DNA of 64,000 bases from a virus. The stretch's first letter is position 1. The number at the start of each line of letters is the position of its first letter. The notes under the pieces were generated by a model that saw only the letters and a list, made by a program, of their open reading frames with translations, did no database searches and had not been told where the DNA came from. The DNA lies in the IMG/VR virus record IMGVR_UViG_3300050490_000084; one strand, 5' to 3'. Made by a program: the position numbers and the translations under genes. Below, piece by piece: positions 44,055 through 54,644 of this stretch.

Positions 44055-44439
44055 GGCGGCGCCTCGCTTCGCGCAGGATGACGCGGCGGATGAGCCCCGG
44101 ATCCATGTCCTTGGTCAACACGCGGACACCGGCCTCGAGCACGATCTGGGAGTCGGGCAGGCCCGTGAAGAGCAGGCGGGGCAAGTCCGGGTAGAGCCGC
44201 CCGACTTCTCCCAGGAATGCGATGCCGTGCATGCCGCGCATCCAGTAGTCTGCAACGACGAGATCGACCGACTGTCGAGCGAGCAAATCGAGGGCGTGCA
44301 GACCCGATGACGCGGTCAGAATGACGATGGGCTCACGAGCAAAGAACCTTCGGAAAGTCGACAGAGCTGTCTCTTCGTCGTCCACGAAGAGCACGACGGG
44401 ATCACTGGGGCTGGGTCCCTCGGATCGCGTGATCGTCAT
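44047..44439 (-). CDS. stand-alone response-regulator receiver (REC) domain
   Basis: VLFVDDE, DLVVADYWMRGMHG, LFTG, LTK. Confidence 0.88.
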   Translation of the reverse strand: MTITRSEGPSPSDPVVLFVDDEETALSTFRRFFAREPIVILTASSGLHALDLLARQSVDLVVADYWMRGMHGIAFLGEVGRLYPDLPRLLFTGLPDSQIVLEAGVRVLTKDMDPGLIRRVILREARRRRG

Positions 44440-44749
44440 GGCTAATGGTGCTCGATTCTCCGTGAATGTGCTTGTTGACGCTTTCCAGCATATCGAAATT
44501 CGTCTTACTGAGCTCGGTCAACCCTTCGAGGGCTTGCGTGTGCTCGCGCAAGGTCGCTTGAATTTTCCCGACATCTTCCTCGATCACATTGAACGTCGTG
44601 TGCATCAGGCCCATGCCTGATCTCAGATCGTCGATCCTTTTGGTGAGTTTTCCCTCGAGATCGCTGATCGCGGTCAAGGTCGCTACCCGGGTTTTGGCGA
44701 GTTCGTCGATCAGGTGATCGAATTGGGCGTCGGTGAGCTCGACGGTCAT
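44402..44749 (-). CDS. coiled-coil protein
   Basis: Heptad pattern. Confidence 0.6.
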   Translation of the reverse strand: MTVELTDAQFDHLIDELAKTRVATLTAISDLEGKLTKRIDDLRSGMGLMHTTFNVIEEDVGKIQATLREHTQALEGLTELSKTNFDMLESVNKHIHGESSTISHDDHAIRGTQPQ

Positions 44750-44788
44750 ATGGCCTCAACACGATGGGGGTGCGCCATGGCGGAACTA

Positions 44789-44838
44789 AATCTACCGGAG
44801 GGGTGGGGCGCCCAGCAACTTTTTGGGCCGAGAGGGGT
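44789..44838 (-). promoter_or_regulatory. A-tract sigma70-like promoter; 24-bp block identical to 35203-35226
   Basis: AAAAAG-TTGCTG-N18-TAGATT. Confidence 0.6.
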
Positions 44839-44893
44839 AATAGGGCGCAGGGGGACTCTCCCCGGACCACCTCAGCCCACTGGACACCGAAGC

Positions 44894-46300
44894 CTACGGG
44901 ATTAGGGGGACCCCTGAGGGGACCAATCCCGAACGGTAGGGGTTGTTCGGGAACATGATCGTCTGCGGGAACCCAGGACCCACGATCAACGAACGCCCCG
45001 CTGCGACTGTACCGCTCGCCGCGAGCTGAGCGGCGGTGAGTAGCACTGTCTTGGAATCATCTTGGGCAATCACCCAGGCGTCACCCTCAGGAGTGAACGC
45101 CAGCGCGACGAGGCCATTGGCTCCCGTCACAGCGATGTCGATGGCCGGGGCAGGGTTACCGCTCGCTGCCGCTTGATAAACCCAGGCGCGGAGGCGGCTC
45201 GCCGCTCCGCCACCAATCGCATAATTGGCAGCCCACAGCAGTCCGGTCGGGCCAAACGCCATCCCAATCGGGCGCAGAAAATTCGTGCCCGTCCATGAGA
45301 CAGCCGCCACGAGCGCTGGGTTAGCACCCGCAGCCAATTGGGCCGAGCTGACCATCTGCATGCCGCCACTAGGATCGGGTCCTCCGGTGAAGCACGACAC
45401 CCAAAAGTTCCCCTGCGCATCGAACAGCGCGTCTTGAAATTCTCCGGGGACGACGTTGGTCGTCACGATTGTCCACTCTGGAGTCGGCGCGCCGCTCGTC
45501 GCATAAGACGCGGCGCCGTATTTTTTGATCGTGCAGCCGGTGTTGCCTGCGACCGTAAAAATTGACAGATACAGCGCGTTCGTTTTATCGAATACCACCT
45601 GCTGTCCGCCGGAGTTCGCGAGCGAGTTCGTGATCGTCACTCGCGGGGTTGGAGATCCCGACTGAAGCACATCTGCCAGCGCGAGCTTGTGCACCCAGGT
45701 CGTGACGCCGGTCGGTGTATGATGGAACGCGAGCGCCCACAGGTTTCCGAGATTGTCCACGGTCACCCCGTCGAGGAAGCTTCCTTCTGAAGCCGTGAGC
45801 GCATTTAGGTCAATCAGAATGTCCGGGGCCACAGCGCCTGCCGCTTGCTGCCCGGGGCCGAATCCTCCCACGAGCGCATCGTTCGCGACGAAGCCGGATG
45901 TGTTGCAAATCCACAGGAAAAAGTTCCCGACGACATAGGCTTTCGACCGTCGGAACCACCTGCCTCCACCGAGCGCTGCAATGATGAGCGGTGAGCTCGC
46001 GACGAAAGTGTTCGCCGTGTCGAGTCGATACGATTCACCCTGATCAAGCACGTACACGCTCGCGCCGTTCTGGGAATTTGGAACGAGCGCGAGCGCGGCA
46101 AGATCGGCGACGACTTGCGTGCCCGTCGCGCCTTGAAAGCCCTGCGCTCCAACGGATCCCTGAAACCCTTGCGCGCCAGGCGCACCTTGAAAGCCCTGGG
46201 CACCGCGCGCGCCTTGAGCGCCCTGCGATCCCGCGGCTGCGGGCGGAGGCACGCGAGGGGTGCCGCGGGCAGAAGCGCCTAATCTCGCGCGAATGGTCAT
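44894..46300 (-). CDS. short collagen stalk + shared module + NHL/SMP-30-like beta-propeller
   Basis: GAQ/GFQ triplets; repeated (F)D..GNLWV blades. Confidence 0.75.
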   Translation of the reverse strand: MTIRARLGASARGTPRVPPPAAAGSQGAQGARGAQGFQGAPGAQGFQGSVGAQGFQGATGTQVVADLAALALVPNSQNGASVYVLDQGESYRLDTANTFVASSPLIIAALGGGRWFRRSKAYVVGNFFLWICNTSGFVANDALVGGFGPGQQAAGAVAPDILIDLNALTASEGSFLDGVTVDNLGNLWALAFHHTPTGVTTWVHKLALADVLQSGSPTPRVTITNSLANSGGQQVVFDKTNALYLSIFTVAGNTGCTIKKYGAASYATSGAPTPEWTIVTTNVVPGEFQDALFDAQGNFWVSCFTGGPDPSGGMQMVSSAQLAAGANPALVAAVSWTGTNFLRPIGMAFGPTGLLWAANYAIGGGAASRLRAWVYQAAASGNPAPAIDIAVTGANGLVALAFTPEGDAWVIAQDDSKTVLLTAAQLAASGTVAAGRSLIVGPGFPQTIMFPNNPYRSGLVPSGVPLIP

Positions 46301-46319
46301 GAGGGCTCCGATAGCACGG

Positions 46320-47738
46320 TCACGCGGGAATCCCCGAGGGCAGCAGGCCTGCGCGATCGGGGTTATTAGGGAATGTCACTGTCTCTTCGAGCACGAAGGT
46401 CGTCTGCGAGAGGATCACGTCTGCTGACACCGCTCCGGACGCAAGCAAACTGGCGGCCGGGATACGTATCAACTTAGTACTAAACACGCCACACACCCAA
46501 AGGTTGCCCGATGCGTCAAAGGCAATGCTGAGGGAGTTCGAGAAATCCGAGCAGGTGATCGTCACTACGGGCGCCGGGTTTCCACTCGACGGGCTTCGAA
46601 TATCCCAAGCCTTCAGGGTGTTGCTACGGAGGCTCGCCACCCAAAGCAGACCCGCGGGCGAGATGGCGGCGCCGGAAGTATGCCCCACGCCTCCCGCGCC
46701 CGCACCGAAGTTCGAGCCGCTCCAGACAACTACTGGCGCTACCGCCGCGCCGCCCGCGGCCAGTTGCGATGCGCTAAACATCACTACCCCACCGTTGACC
46801 CCGCCCGCGTCTCCGCTAAATCCGATCGTGCACCACAGGTTGCCCTGTCCATCCAAAACCCCGTCTTGTTGGTTTGACGTAGTGAGGGGAGCAATCGATC
46901 CCGCAACGAGGGTGGTGCTCGGCGTGCCGAGACTCAGCTGGTAGTCCCGTTGCCCATACCGCACCAAGCTCGTCACGCCTGACGCTCCGTGAGTCCCGTT
47001 ACCCACCCACAACCCATTCAACTTGTCGAAGAAGGCCATCAGCGCCTCGCTCGAGGCAGGCACCGGCACACTCAGCGTCACCGATGGGACAATGGCGCCA
47101 GAGGCCAGGCAATCCTTCAGCAGGAATTTGTATGCCTTGATGACCGTGAATCCGGTATTGCGCGCCACTACCCAAAGGTTGCCCAGGCTATCGGTGATGA
47201 TCCTCAGATCATCGGTGCCAAATAACACATGGGCGTCCAGCTGAATGTCGGGCAACGCTCCGCTGCTCACGGCTAATTGCCCAGGGGTAAATCCGACGAC
47301 GCCAAACCCAAACGATGTACACCACAGCGTGAAGTTCCCGACGACGTATTCTTTGCTTCTCCGAAACCATCGTCCGCCGCCAAGCGCCGCGACGATGAGC
47401 GGAGAGCTCACCACGAAGGTATTGGCCGTGTCGAGTCGATACGACTCGGCTTGATCGAGCACGTACACGGTGGCGCCGTTCGGGGAGTTGGGGACGAGCT
47501 CGAGCGCGGCAAGATCGGCGACGACTTGCGTGCCCGTCGCCCCTTGAAAACCTTGGCTGCCCTGCGCGCCCTGGAAACCCTGCGCGCCGATTACCCCTTG
47601 GACTCCTTGTGCACCCGTCGACCCCTGGAAGCCCTGGGCTCCTCGGGCGCCTTGTGCGCCTTGAGATCCCGCTGCTGCGGGCGGCGGCACGCGGGGAGTG
47701 CCGCGTGCAGAAGCGCCCAATTTCGAGCGGATGGTCAT
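46320..47738 (-). CDS. tandem paralog of 44894-46300 (collagen + beta-propeller)
   Basis: Near-identical first ~135 aa, diverged propeller. Confidence 0.75.
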   Translation of the reverse strand: MTIRSKLGASARGTPRVPPPAAAGSQGAQGARGAQGFQGSTGAQGVQGVIGAQGFQGAQGSQGFQGATGTQVVADLAALELVPNSPNGATVYVLDQAESYRLDTANTFVVSSPLIVAALGGGRWFRRSKEYVVGNFTLWCTSFGFGVVGFTPGQLAVSSGALPDIQLDAHVLFGTDDLRIITDSLGNLWVVARNTGFTVIKAYKFLLKDCLASGAIVPSVTLSVPVPASSEALMAFFDKLNGLWVGNGTHGASGVTSLVRYGQRDYQLSLGTPSTTLVAGSIAPLTTSNQQDGVLDGQGNLWCTIGFSGDAGGVNGGVVMFSASQLAAGGAAVAPVVVWSGSNFGAGAGGVGHTSGAAISPAGLLWVASLRSNTLKAWDIRSPSSGNPAPVVTITCSDFSNSLSIAFDASGNLWVCGVFSTKLIRIPAASLLASGAVSADVILSQTTFVLEETVTFPNNPDRAGLLPSGIPA

Positions 47739-47808
47739 GATGGGTCGGACTCCGAGAACATGGGTCTGCCTGTCTCGACCCTCCTGACGACCGGTCTAGT
47801 TGCGCCGA

Positions 47809-47842
47809 ATCCTACATGAGCTGGCAAACATGCCGCAACTTT
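47809..47842 (-). promoter_or_regulatory. sigma70-like promoter
   Basis: AAAG-TTGCGG-N18-TAGGAT. Confidence 0.5.
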
Positions 47843-47888
47843 CCCGAGCGAGGGAAGACAATTCCCACCGGGCGGGTACAATCGACCC

Positions 47889-48302
47889 ATGTGGACCCAC
47901 TTCACCGGATGGCAACCCCTCAGCATCGTGCTCGGCGTTTTGGCGGCACTGATCTTCCTCTGGCGCACCGCACGCGGAGCGCGGCTCCGGCGAGCGGCGG
48001 AAATCCAGGCCTCCCTTTCGGATGCGGTCGTCGAAGAGGAGAGCTTGCCGCGCCCGCCCGTGCTGCAGCTCACGGGCGAACGGCTCGATCGAGCGCGTGA
48101 GATCGCGCTCGCCGAGCGGGAGATCTTGTGGGCCGTCGACATGCTGACGCGCTGCGATCCCGAGGTCGAGGCCGTCTGGGTGCACGCGTTGAAAACGGGT
48201 GAGAAGCGGCTCCAGCGCCTGCGCCGTCCCGCGCTCACGTCAATATCGACAGCTGCTCGGCCACTATCCGCAGTGTGTACGTCGGTAAATCGCCCTGAGT
48301 GA
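47889..48302 (+). CDS. small N-terminally anchored membrane protein
   Basis: LSIVLGVLAALIFLW followed by a basic stretch. Confidence 0.55.
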   Translation: MWTHFTGWQPLSIVLGVLAALIFLWRTARGARLRRAAEIQASLSDAVVEEESLPRPPVLQLTGERLDRAREIALAEREILWAVDMLTRCDPEVEAVWVHALKTGEKRLQRLRRPALTSISTAARPLSAVCTSVNRPE

Positions 48303-48633
48303 CGATCGTGGTCGAGTATTGAATCGGCGCGACCCCGTCGCACTCGCACACGAAGGAATCCTGAGCGATGGCCAATGGGGGCGTCCCCGGCAGCAGCGTC
48401 GCGAGCGATTGCGTCACGACGACGGCGTTGTCGCCCTTGGACAGGATGTTGGCCGTGATTTGGGATGCAGAGTCAGTACCGGTCGTGATCGCGAGCGCGA
48501 GTGAGACACGGTAGAGGCCCTTGACCGGCGTGACGAGCGTTGTCGTCGCGATCGCAGCCGTCTGGGCTTTCAGGTAGAGATTCGCGACGCGCCCGATGGG
48601 GAGCGTCCACGGGCCAGCTCGAAGATCGCTCAT
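48235..48633 (-). CDS. small beta-rich virion-like protein
   Basis: Thr-rich beta-strand pattern; coupled to the fibre gene. Confidence 0.55.
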   Translation of the reverse strand: MSDLRAGPWTLPIGRVANLYLKAQTAAIATTTLVTPVKGLYRVSLALAITTGTDSASQITANILSKGDNAVVVTQSLATLLPGTPPLAIAQDSFVCECDGVAPIQYSTTIVTQGDLPTYTLRIVAEQLSILT

Positions 48634-51600
48634 GACAGGTTCTGGGCTCCGACGTAGATGATGCTCAAGAGATCTTCAGAGGCTTGGAAGAAGTAGCGGG
48701 CGGGTACGTCCGTGCTAAGGATCGCCTTCAGCGTGACGGACGCAAACTGCACCGTGAGCGTGTGGCCGTTCGTGCCGTAGACATCGATCGGCAGGAGATC
48801 GAGGGCAGCGGCGCCGGTGAGGCTCAGCTGGATGATGCGGTCGGCGGTGAGGGTCGGTATGGCGAGGTAGAGCCGATCGGCCGTATTGAAGGTGTAGGTG
48901 GTGGCCGAGTCGAGCAGCTGCTGAGCGTTTGGTTCGATCTGATCGAGCGAGACGATCGGCGAGAGCGTGGCGGTGACTGAGGCTTGGCCGTTGCCCGACG
49001 AGAACAAGCTCCGCTCGCTCATCGCGTCGAGCTGGAGGCCCATCGTCGAGCCACCGAGGTTCACGCGGCCGGAGGTCTTCGGGCCGAAGATCGTGTTTCG
49101 GCAATTGAAGACCGCCCAGTTGGCGCTGACCGAATGCGAGGTCGTTGCGACCGTACCGATCTTGCAGTTCGTGAGAAAGAGCTGCGGAGATCCGGTGGAG
49201 GAGGTGATGTCCACGTCGATCGTGCAGTTCGTGAGGCGGTTGATGGCGGCCACGCCCGCGGGCGCCGTGATGCCTTGCTGGAAATAGCAGCCGTCACAGA
49301 GCAGCGGGCCGGCGGTCACCGTGTCGACAAAGCGACAATAGTTGAAGGTATGCGGCGTCGCTTCGCCGGCGGACGCCTGCGAATTCGAGAAGGTCGCGTT
49401 CACGTACACGTACTCGCCAAACACCTGCGAGCAGAGCGAGATCTCGGCCGTGCTCATGCCATCCAAGCGAGCAACAGGCAGCACCGAGCTCATGCGAAGG
49501 ACGGTGTTCGAGGCGCCTGATCCCGATCCCGAGATCGCTCCTGCCTGCACGTCGATGAGCTGGATGTTCGACTGGACGGAGGAGGCGTCGATGATCGAGT
49601 TGGTCGTGCAGTTTTGCAGGGTGAGGGTGAAGCCCGCCGTCGTCGTGAAGGTGAGGTTCACGAAGGAAAAGGCGACCGTCTGATCCGTCGGTCCGCAGAG
49701 CCCGATGAGCGTCACATCGCGCGCGGTGTTGATCGTCCAACCTCCGTAGTTTCCGGGAGCAACGAGCAGCGTGATGGCGCCGGTCGGGTGCGCCGCGAGC
49801 GCGGCGGTCGGCGTCGCGTACGGCTGCTGAATCGATCCAGTCGCTGTGCCGAGGTTGTTCGAGTCGACGTAGAAGACCTGGAAAAGCGGACCGACTGTGG
49901 TCGATCCCTGAAAGCCCTGCGTGCCCGTTGCGCCCTGGAAACCCTGCGCGCCGCGCGCGCCTTGGAAGCCCTGCGCGCCCTGAAAACCGCTCCCTTGGAA
50001 GCCCTGCACGCCCGTTGCGCCCTGGAAACCCTGCGCGCCTTGACGGCCCTGCGATCCCTGCGCGCCGCCGGCGCCGAGACCGCCCTGAAAACCCTGCGGA
50101 CCCGTGGCCCCGGTTGCGCCCTGCGCGCCGGTCGTGCCCGTGTTGCCGGTCGCACCCTGCGCGCCTTGCACACCGGTCGTACCTGTATTGCCTGTCGCAC
50201 CTTGTCGACCTTGCGCGCCCTGGAAACCCTGCGCGCCGGTCGCGCCTTGCGCGCCCTGCGATCCCGAGCCCGTTGCGCCTTGGAAGCCCTGCGCGCCGGT
50301 GGTGCCGGTTGAGCCCTGAGCACCTTGAGATCCTGCGCCCGTGGCACCCTGGAAACCCTGCGTGCCGGTTGCGCCTTGGGCGCCTTGGCTGCCTGCGCCG
50401 GTGGCGCCTTGCGCGCCTTGTGATCCCTGCGCGCCCGCGCCCGCTTGCGCGCCTTGTGCGCCTTGAAATCCGCCGCCCTGGAAGCCTTGGGCTCCCTGAA
50501 AGCCTTGCGCGCCCGCTGCGGCTTGCGCACCTTGGGCGCCCTGAAAGCCGCCGCCCTGGAAACCCTGCGCGCCTTGCGATCCGGTGGCGCCCTGCGCGCC
50601 CGTCGATCCCTGAAAGCCGCCACCCTGGCGACCCTGTGCACCTTGAAAGCCCTGCGTGCCCGTCGCACCCTGGGCGCCTTGCGTGCCGGCACCCGTCGCG
50701 CCTTGCGCGCCTTGGTTGCCTTGCGTGCCGGTTGCACCCTGAAAGCCGCCGCCTTGAAAGCCTTGGGCGCCAGTCGTACCCGTTGCGCCCTGCGCGCCTT
50801 GACGGCCCTGCGATCCCTGCGCGCCGCCGCCATTTTGGCCCTGAAAGCCCTGCGCGCCTTGCGTCCCGGTTGCGCCCTGGGCGCCTTGAGATCCCGTCGT
50901 GCCGGAGGTGCCTGCGGCACCTTGGAAGCCCTGCGCGCCGGTCGCACCCGGCGCGCCTTGGGCGCCTTGTGCGCCGCTGCCGCCGACGGTCTGCGGCGCG
51001 TAACCCGGCAGCGAGTCGAGCCAGGTGAGCACCTGCAAGTTCTGGGCGCCTGCTCGCTGGATGCCGGTCGGATCGACATCGTTGCGAATCGTGAGCGTCG
51101 CTCCAGCCGCCAGGGTGATGCCACTCGCGCCGCCCGCGGACGCGTGCGAAAACCCATCCATCACGATCGATCCCGGACCTGTAAAGGTGGGATTGACCGT
51201 AAACAAGCAGTCGGTGAAGATCGCAGCGCCGCCGCCGAGGGAGATGCCTGCGACGCCGAATCGGCTTCCGAAAAATTGCGTCGCGACCGACGTAAACGAA
51301 ACGGTCGATCCGAACGTGTATCCTCGACAAAGAATCTGACCTGCGACCGTCACCGCACCCGAGAGCTGGCCGCCAAAGCCAAAGAAGGTGTCGCCGGCAC
51401 CACGCATCGGCACGAACCACGCCCCCGAACCGGTCCTCGTGAGCGTAGTCGTGCCGGTCACGATCGTATTCGTGAGGTAAAGGAAATTCCCGGACGAGCT
51501 CGTGGCGTCACCACTCACTGTTCCTGAGACAATCAGATTCGTGAGACGGTATTGAGACTGCACCGTCGAAGTCGCGATGACGTTTCCGGAGATCGTTGCG

Positions 51601-52988
51601 CGAGCGATGGACTGGCACTGAAGCTCCCAGTTGCCTGGCGGAAAAATGACGGTCTCCGTCGTCGTCGTTTCAGGCGCCTGGATGATGAGGCAGCCGCCAG
51701 CAGGGGCCGCCGCGAATGTCGCCGCGTAGCTCGGGTAAGGCGCCGACTGCGTGCCATTGGAAGTCCCAACGAACGTCGGGTCCATGTACAGTGTGTTCTT
51801 GAACGGATCGCCGATCGATTGCGCACCTTGAAGCCCTTGGGCACCCTGCGCACCTTGGAAGCCCTGCGTTCCCGTGGCTCCCTGCGCGCCTTGGGCTCCT
51901 TGAGCGCCGCCGGACGCGCCTTGCGATCCCGTTGATCCCTGCGCGCCCTGAAAGCCTGCGCCCTGCGTGCCCTGCGCGCCTTGGTTACCCTGCGCGCCCT
52001 GGAAACCCTGGCTGCCCTGTGCACCGCCGCTCGGACCTTGCGGACCGGTCGCGCCCTGGGCGCCGGTGATGGCTTGGCCTTGAAAGCCCTGCGCGCCCTG
52101 GAAGCCCTGGCTGCCTTGTGATCCCTGCGTGCCCGACGCGCCTTGCGCGCCCTGACTCCCCGATCCCTGGTTGCCTTGAGCACCGGTCGACCCTTGCGAT
52201 CCCTGGTTGCCCTGTGACCCAGTTGCGCCCTGAGATCCCACCGCGCCCTGCGCGCCTTGATTCCCTTGCGACCCCTGCGCGCCCGTGGTGCCCGTCGCGC
52301 CCTGTGATCCTTGCGCGCCGGTGGCCCCTTGTGCGCCTTGTCGGCCCTGCGCTCCTTGAAAGCCTGCCCCCTGAGCACCTTGCGCACCCTGAGATCCGGT
52401 CGTCCCCGTCGCCCCTTGAGCGCCCTGGGCGCCGCCGCCCGAGCCTTGCGCGCCCGTCGACCCCTGTGCACCCTGAAAGCCCGCACCCTGCGTGCCTTGG
52501 GCACCCTGAAAGCCTTGGCTTCCGGTCGCACCTTGCGCGCCCTGCGCGCCGCCGCTCGGGCCTTGCGGACCGGTCGCGCCCTGCGCGCCCGTGACCGCTT
52601 GACCTTGAAAGCCCTGCGCACCTTGGGCGCCCTGCGATCCCTGGCTCCCCGTCCCGCCTTGAGATCCCTGGCTTCCGGATCCGGTCGCGCCTTGGCTGCC
52701 CTGCGCGCCCTGGGCTCCTTGTCGACCCTGCGCGCCCTGGAGGCCTTGCGCGCCGCCCGTGCTCGGCACCCAGCGGCCGGGGCCCGAGATCGGCTTGACG
52801 ACATTCGGGGGGGAAGGAGGAGACGTGTCGGACTTGTGGAGCTCATAGTGCTTGAGCTGATCTTCGACGTACGCGAGGCATCCATCGTCGAGCACCGAAG
52901 TGCTGACATTTTCCAGGGAATCGCCCAGGCCGAGGAGGGTTGCTACGGCTCCAATATTTCTGCTGGCCACGCTGGATCGATCGGTCAT
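48630..52988 (-). CDS. 1452-aa collagen-like fibre protein with two collagen stalks and two beta-helix-like heads
   Basis: Two long Gly-X-Y tracts, each followed by a (L/F)Y(M/V)D...G(T/S)...PY motif; shared N-module. Confidence 0.85.
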   Translation of the reverse strand: MTDRSSVASRNIGAVATLLGLGDSLENVSTSVLDDGCLAYVEDQLKHYELHKSDTSPPSPPNVVKPISGPGRWVPSTGGAQGLQGAQGRQGAQGAQGSQGATGSGSQGSQGGTGSQGSQGAQGAQGFQGQAVTGAQGATGPQGPSGGAQGAQGATGSQGFQGAQGTQGAGFQGAQGSTGAQGSGGGAQGAQGATGTTGSQGAQGAQGAGFQGAQGRQGAQGATGAQGSQGATGTTGAQGSQGNQGAQGAVGSQGATGSQGNQGSQGSTGAQGNQGSGSQGAQGASGTQGSQGSQGFQGAQGFQGQAITGAQGATGPQGPSGGAQGSQGFQGAQGNQGAQGTQGAGFQGAQGSTGSQGASGGAQGAQGAQGATGTQGFQGAQGAQGLQGAQSIGDPFKNTLYMDPTFVGTSNGTQSAPYPSYAATFAAAPAGGCLIIQAPETTTTETVIFPPGNWELQCQSIARATISGNVIATSTVQSQYRLTNLIVSGTVSGDATSSSGNFLYLTNTIVTGTTTLTRTGSGAWFVPMRGAGDTFFGFGGQLSGAVTVAGQILCRGYTFGSTVSFTSVATQFFGSRFGVAGISLGGGAAIFTDCLFTVNPTFTGPGSIVMDGFSHASAGGASGITLAAGATLTIRNDVDPTGIQRAGAQNLQVLTWLDSLPGYAPQTVGGSGAQGAQGAPGATGAQGFQGAAGTSGTTGSQGAQGATGTQGAQGFQGQNGGGAQGSQGRQGAQGATGTTGAQGFQGGGFQGATGTQGNQGAQGATGAGTQGAQGATGTQGFQGAQGRQGGGFQGSTGAQGATGSQGAQGFQGGGFQGAQGAQAAAGAQGFQGAQGFQGGGFQGAQGAQAGAGAQGSQGAQGATGAGSQGAQGATGTQGFQGATGAGSQGAQGSTGTTGAQGFQGATGSGSQGAQGATGAQGFQGAQGRQGATGNTGTTGVQGAQGATGNTGTTGAQGATGATGPQGFQGGLGAGGAQGSQGRQGAQGFQGATGVQGFQGSGFQGAQGFQGARGAQGFQGATGTQGFQGSTTVGPLFQVFYVDSNNLGTATGSIQQPYATPTAALAAHPTGAITLLVAPGNYGGWTINTARDVTLIGLCGPTDQTVAFSFVNLTFTTTAGFTLTLQNCTTNSIIDASSVQSNIQLIDVQAGAISGSGSGASNTVLRMSSVLPVARLDGMSTAEISLCSQVFGEYVYVNATFSNSQASAGEATPHTFNYCRFVDTVTAGPLLCDGCYFQQGITAPAGVAAINRLTNCTIDVDITSSTGSPQLFLTNCKIGTVATTSHSVSANWAVFNCRNTIFGPKTSGRVNLGGSTMGLQLDAMSERSLFSSGNGQASVTATLSPIVSLDQIEPNAQQLLDSATTYTFNTADRLYLAIPTLTADRIIQLSLTGAAALDLLPIDVYGTNGHTLTVQFASVTLKAILSTDVPARYFFQASEDLLSIIYVGAQNLS

Positions 52989-53074
52989 GGGGGAGGGGAC
53001 GGAGCTCGGCGCCGCTCTGCCGTCCCGTTGCCCGGATCCGAAACGATCCGACCCAAACCTGGCCTAGTGGGGGA

Positions 53075-53109
53075 AGCCTACCCCGCCCCTGGCCCGGGCC
53101 TCAAGTTTT
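53075..53109 (-). promoter_or_regulatory. A-tract sigma70-like promoter
   Basis: AAAAAC-TTGAGG-N18-TAGGCT. Confidence 0.55.
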
Positions 53110-53149
53110 TGAGTTGAAGATCGCGAGATCGCTCTGGCAGAGTGCCCCG

Positions 53150-53767
53150 ATGGCAACGAATTTCCACTCGCGCACCCCCGCTCTGCTCGTGGTCGATGAC
53201 TTTTATACCGACCCGGACGCCGTCCGAGCCGAAGCGCTCGGGACCGAGTACGAGGCCGACGAGCGCTATTTCAAAGGCGTCCGATCAAAGAAAAAGTTTT
53301 TGTATCCTTATGTGAAGGAGGAGTTCGAGCGGTTATTGAGGGTGACGATCGTCGACTGGCTCGATCAGCCGGCGAACGGATCGTTTCAGAAGACGACGGG
53401 CGCGGACCCGCTCGTGTGGCATTCCGACACGCAGAGCTACGCGGCGGCGGTGTACCTCACCGCGCAACTCGGAACACTCCGCAATGGGCGAAACTGTGAC
53501 CCTGTCCTTTCAGGAACCAGCTTTTGGCGGAACAAGATCACTGGCGCGAGGCGACCACCGGGAGACGCCGACGATTACCAAGAGACGTACAGTCAGTTCA
53601 ACCTAACGCACCCGAACAACTGGGACCTCGTCGACCGCGTCGGAAATGTCTACAACCGCCTGGTGCTCTGGGACGCGCAGCTCATCCACTCGGCGACGAG
53701 CTACGAGGGCTTCACCGAAACGGATCCGCGCCTCGTGCAGCTCTTCTTCTTCAACGTGGCGCGATGA
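53150..53767 (+). CDS. 2OG-Fe(II) oxygenase-like protein
   Basis: LVVDDFYTDPDAVR, WHSD (HxD), GTSFW, YNRLVLWD..IHS. Confidence 0.8.
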   Translation: MATNFHSRTPALLVVDDFYTDPDAVRAEALGTEYEADERYFKGVRSKKKFLYPYVKEEFERLLRVTIVDWLDQPANGSFQKTTGADPLVWHSDTQSYAAAVYLTAQLGTLRNGRNCDPVLSGTSFWRNKITGARRPPGDADDYQETYSQFNLTHPNNWDLVDRVGNVYNRLVLWDAQLIHSATSYEGFTETDPRLVQLFFFNVAR

Positions 53768-53937
53768 AGTACTCCGTGACACGCGTGGTTGAGATCGCCC
53801 GAGCGATCGAGAAATTCATCGACAATTGTCCCTTCTCCGAAAGCGAGAAGGATCTGATCCCGCTCGCTCTCCGAGCGCTTGCCGATGAGTACGAGATGTA
53901 CCTGTCTTCTGCTCTCACCAAGGACCCTGACCGATGA
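53764..53937 (+). CDS. small hypothetical protein
   Basis: ATGA coupling at both ends. Confidence 0.5.
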   Translation: MKYSVTRVVEIARAIEKFIDNCPFSESEKDLIPLALRALADEYEMYLSSALTKDPDR

Positions 53938-54644
53938 AGACCGTCATCTACACCGCGTGCTTCGGCGACCATGACCAGCCGGCTGAGCTGCCAGGCTTCG
54001 AGGGCAAGGCCGATCTCGTTTGCTTCACCGACTCGCCGACGCTCGCGCGCGAGCGGAAGACCTGGCAGGTGATTCGGAGGCGCTCGCGCTTCAAGACCGC
54101 TCGCATGGATGCCAAATGGTACAAGATGAGCGCGAGCCATTTGTTCCCCGAGCATGAGCTGTCGATCTACATCGACTCGAGCGTGCGCTTCCACAAGACG
54201 GAGGGGTTCCTCGAGCACTGCATCGAAGCGCTCCGGGTATCTGGCGCGCGCTTGGCGTTCTATCAGCATCCTGAGGGGCAGCGCACAATCCTGCAAGAGG
54301 CGGAGTTTTCGATGACGATGAGCAAATACATCGGCGAGCCGCTCATCGAGCAGGCCCGGCACTACTACTCATCCGGCTACCGCGATTCGGAGTTGCTCGC
54401 GGGTGGGTGCATCGTGCGCGACCAGGCAACCTGTCACCTCGACAACACTGAGCGCTGCAACTACCCACACGACGTAGCCCGCTTCGAGAAGGCGTGGTTC
54501 GATGAATGCGTGCACTGGTCGGCGCAAGATCAAATCTCGCTTCCGTATGTGCTCAGTAGCGAGCACATCGACTACGCAGTGCTCCCCGGCAGCATCTACG
54601 AAAACGAGTTCTTCAGCCGCGTCTGGTCGGGACCCGACCGTTAA
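53934..54644 (+). CDS. DUF616/TOD1-MUCI70-like glycosyltransferase
   Basis: VIYTACFGDHD, CFTD, SIYIDSS, DQISLPYV. Confidence 0.75.
   Translation: MKTVIYTACFGDHDQPAELPGFEGKADLVCFTDSPTLARERKTWQVIRRRSRFKTARMDAKWYKMSASHLFPEHELSIYIDSSVRFHKTEGFLEHCIEALRVSGARLAFYQHPEGQRTILQEAEFSMTMSKYIGEPLIEQARHYYSSGYRDSELLAGGCIVRDQATCHLDNTERCNYPHDVARFEKAWFDECVHWSAQDQISLPYVLSSEHIDYAVLPGSIYENEFFSRVWSGPDR

Noticed and set aside
41082-44081. 999-aa plus-strand ORF and other long antisense ORFs (5700-6779, 51533-52909, 56780-58348, 56950-58770)
   Set aside because: Shadow frames of real minus-strand genes in GC-rich or repetitive DNA; no motifs
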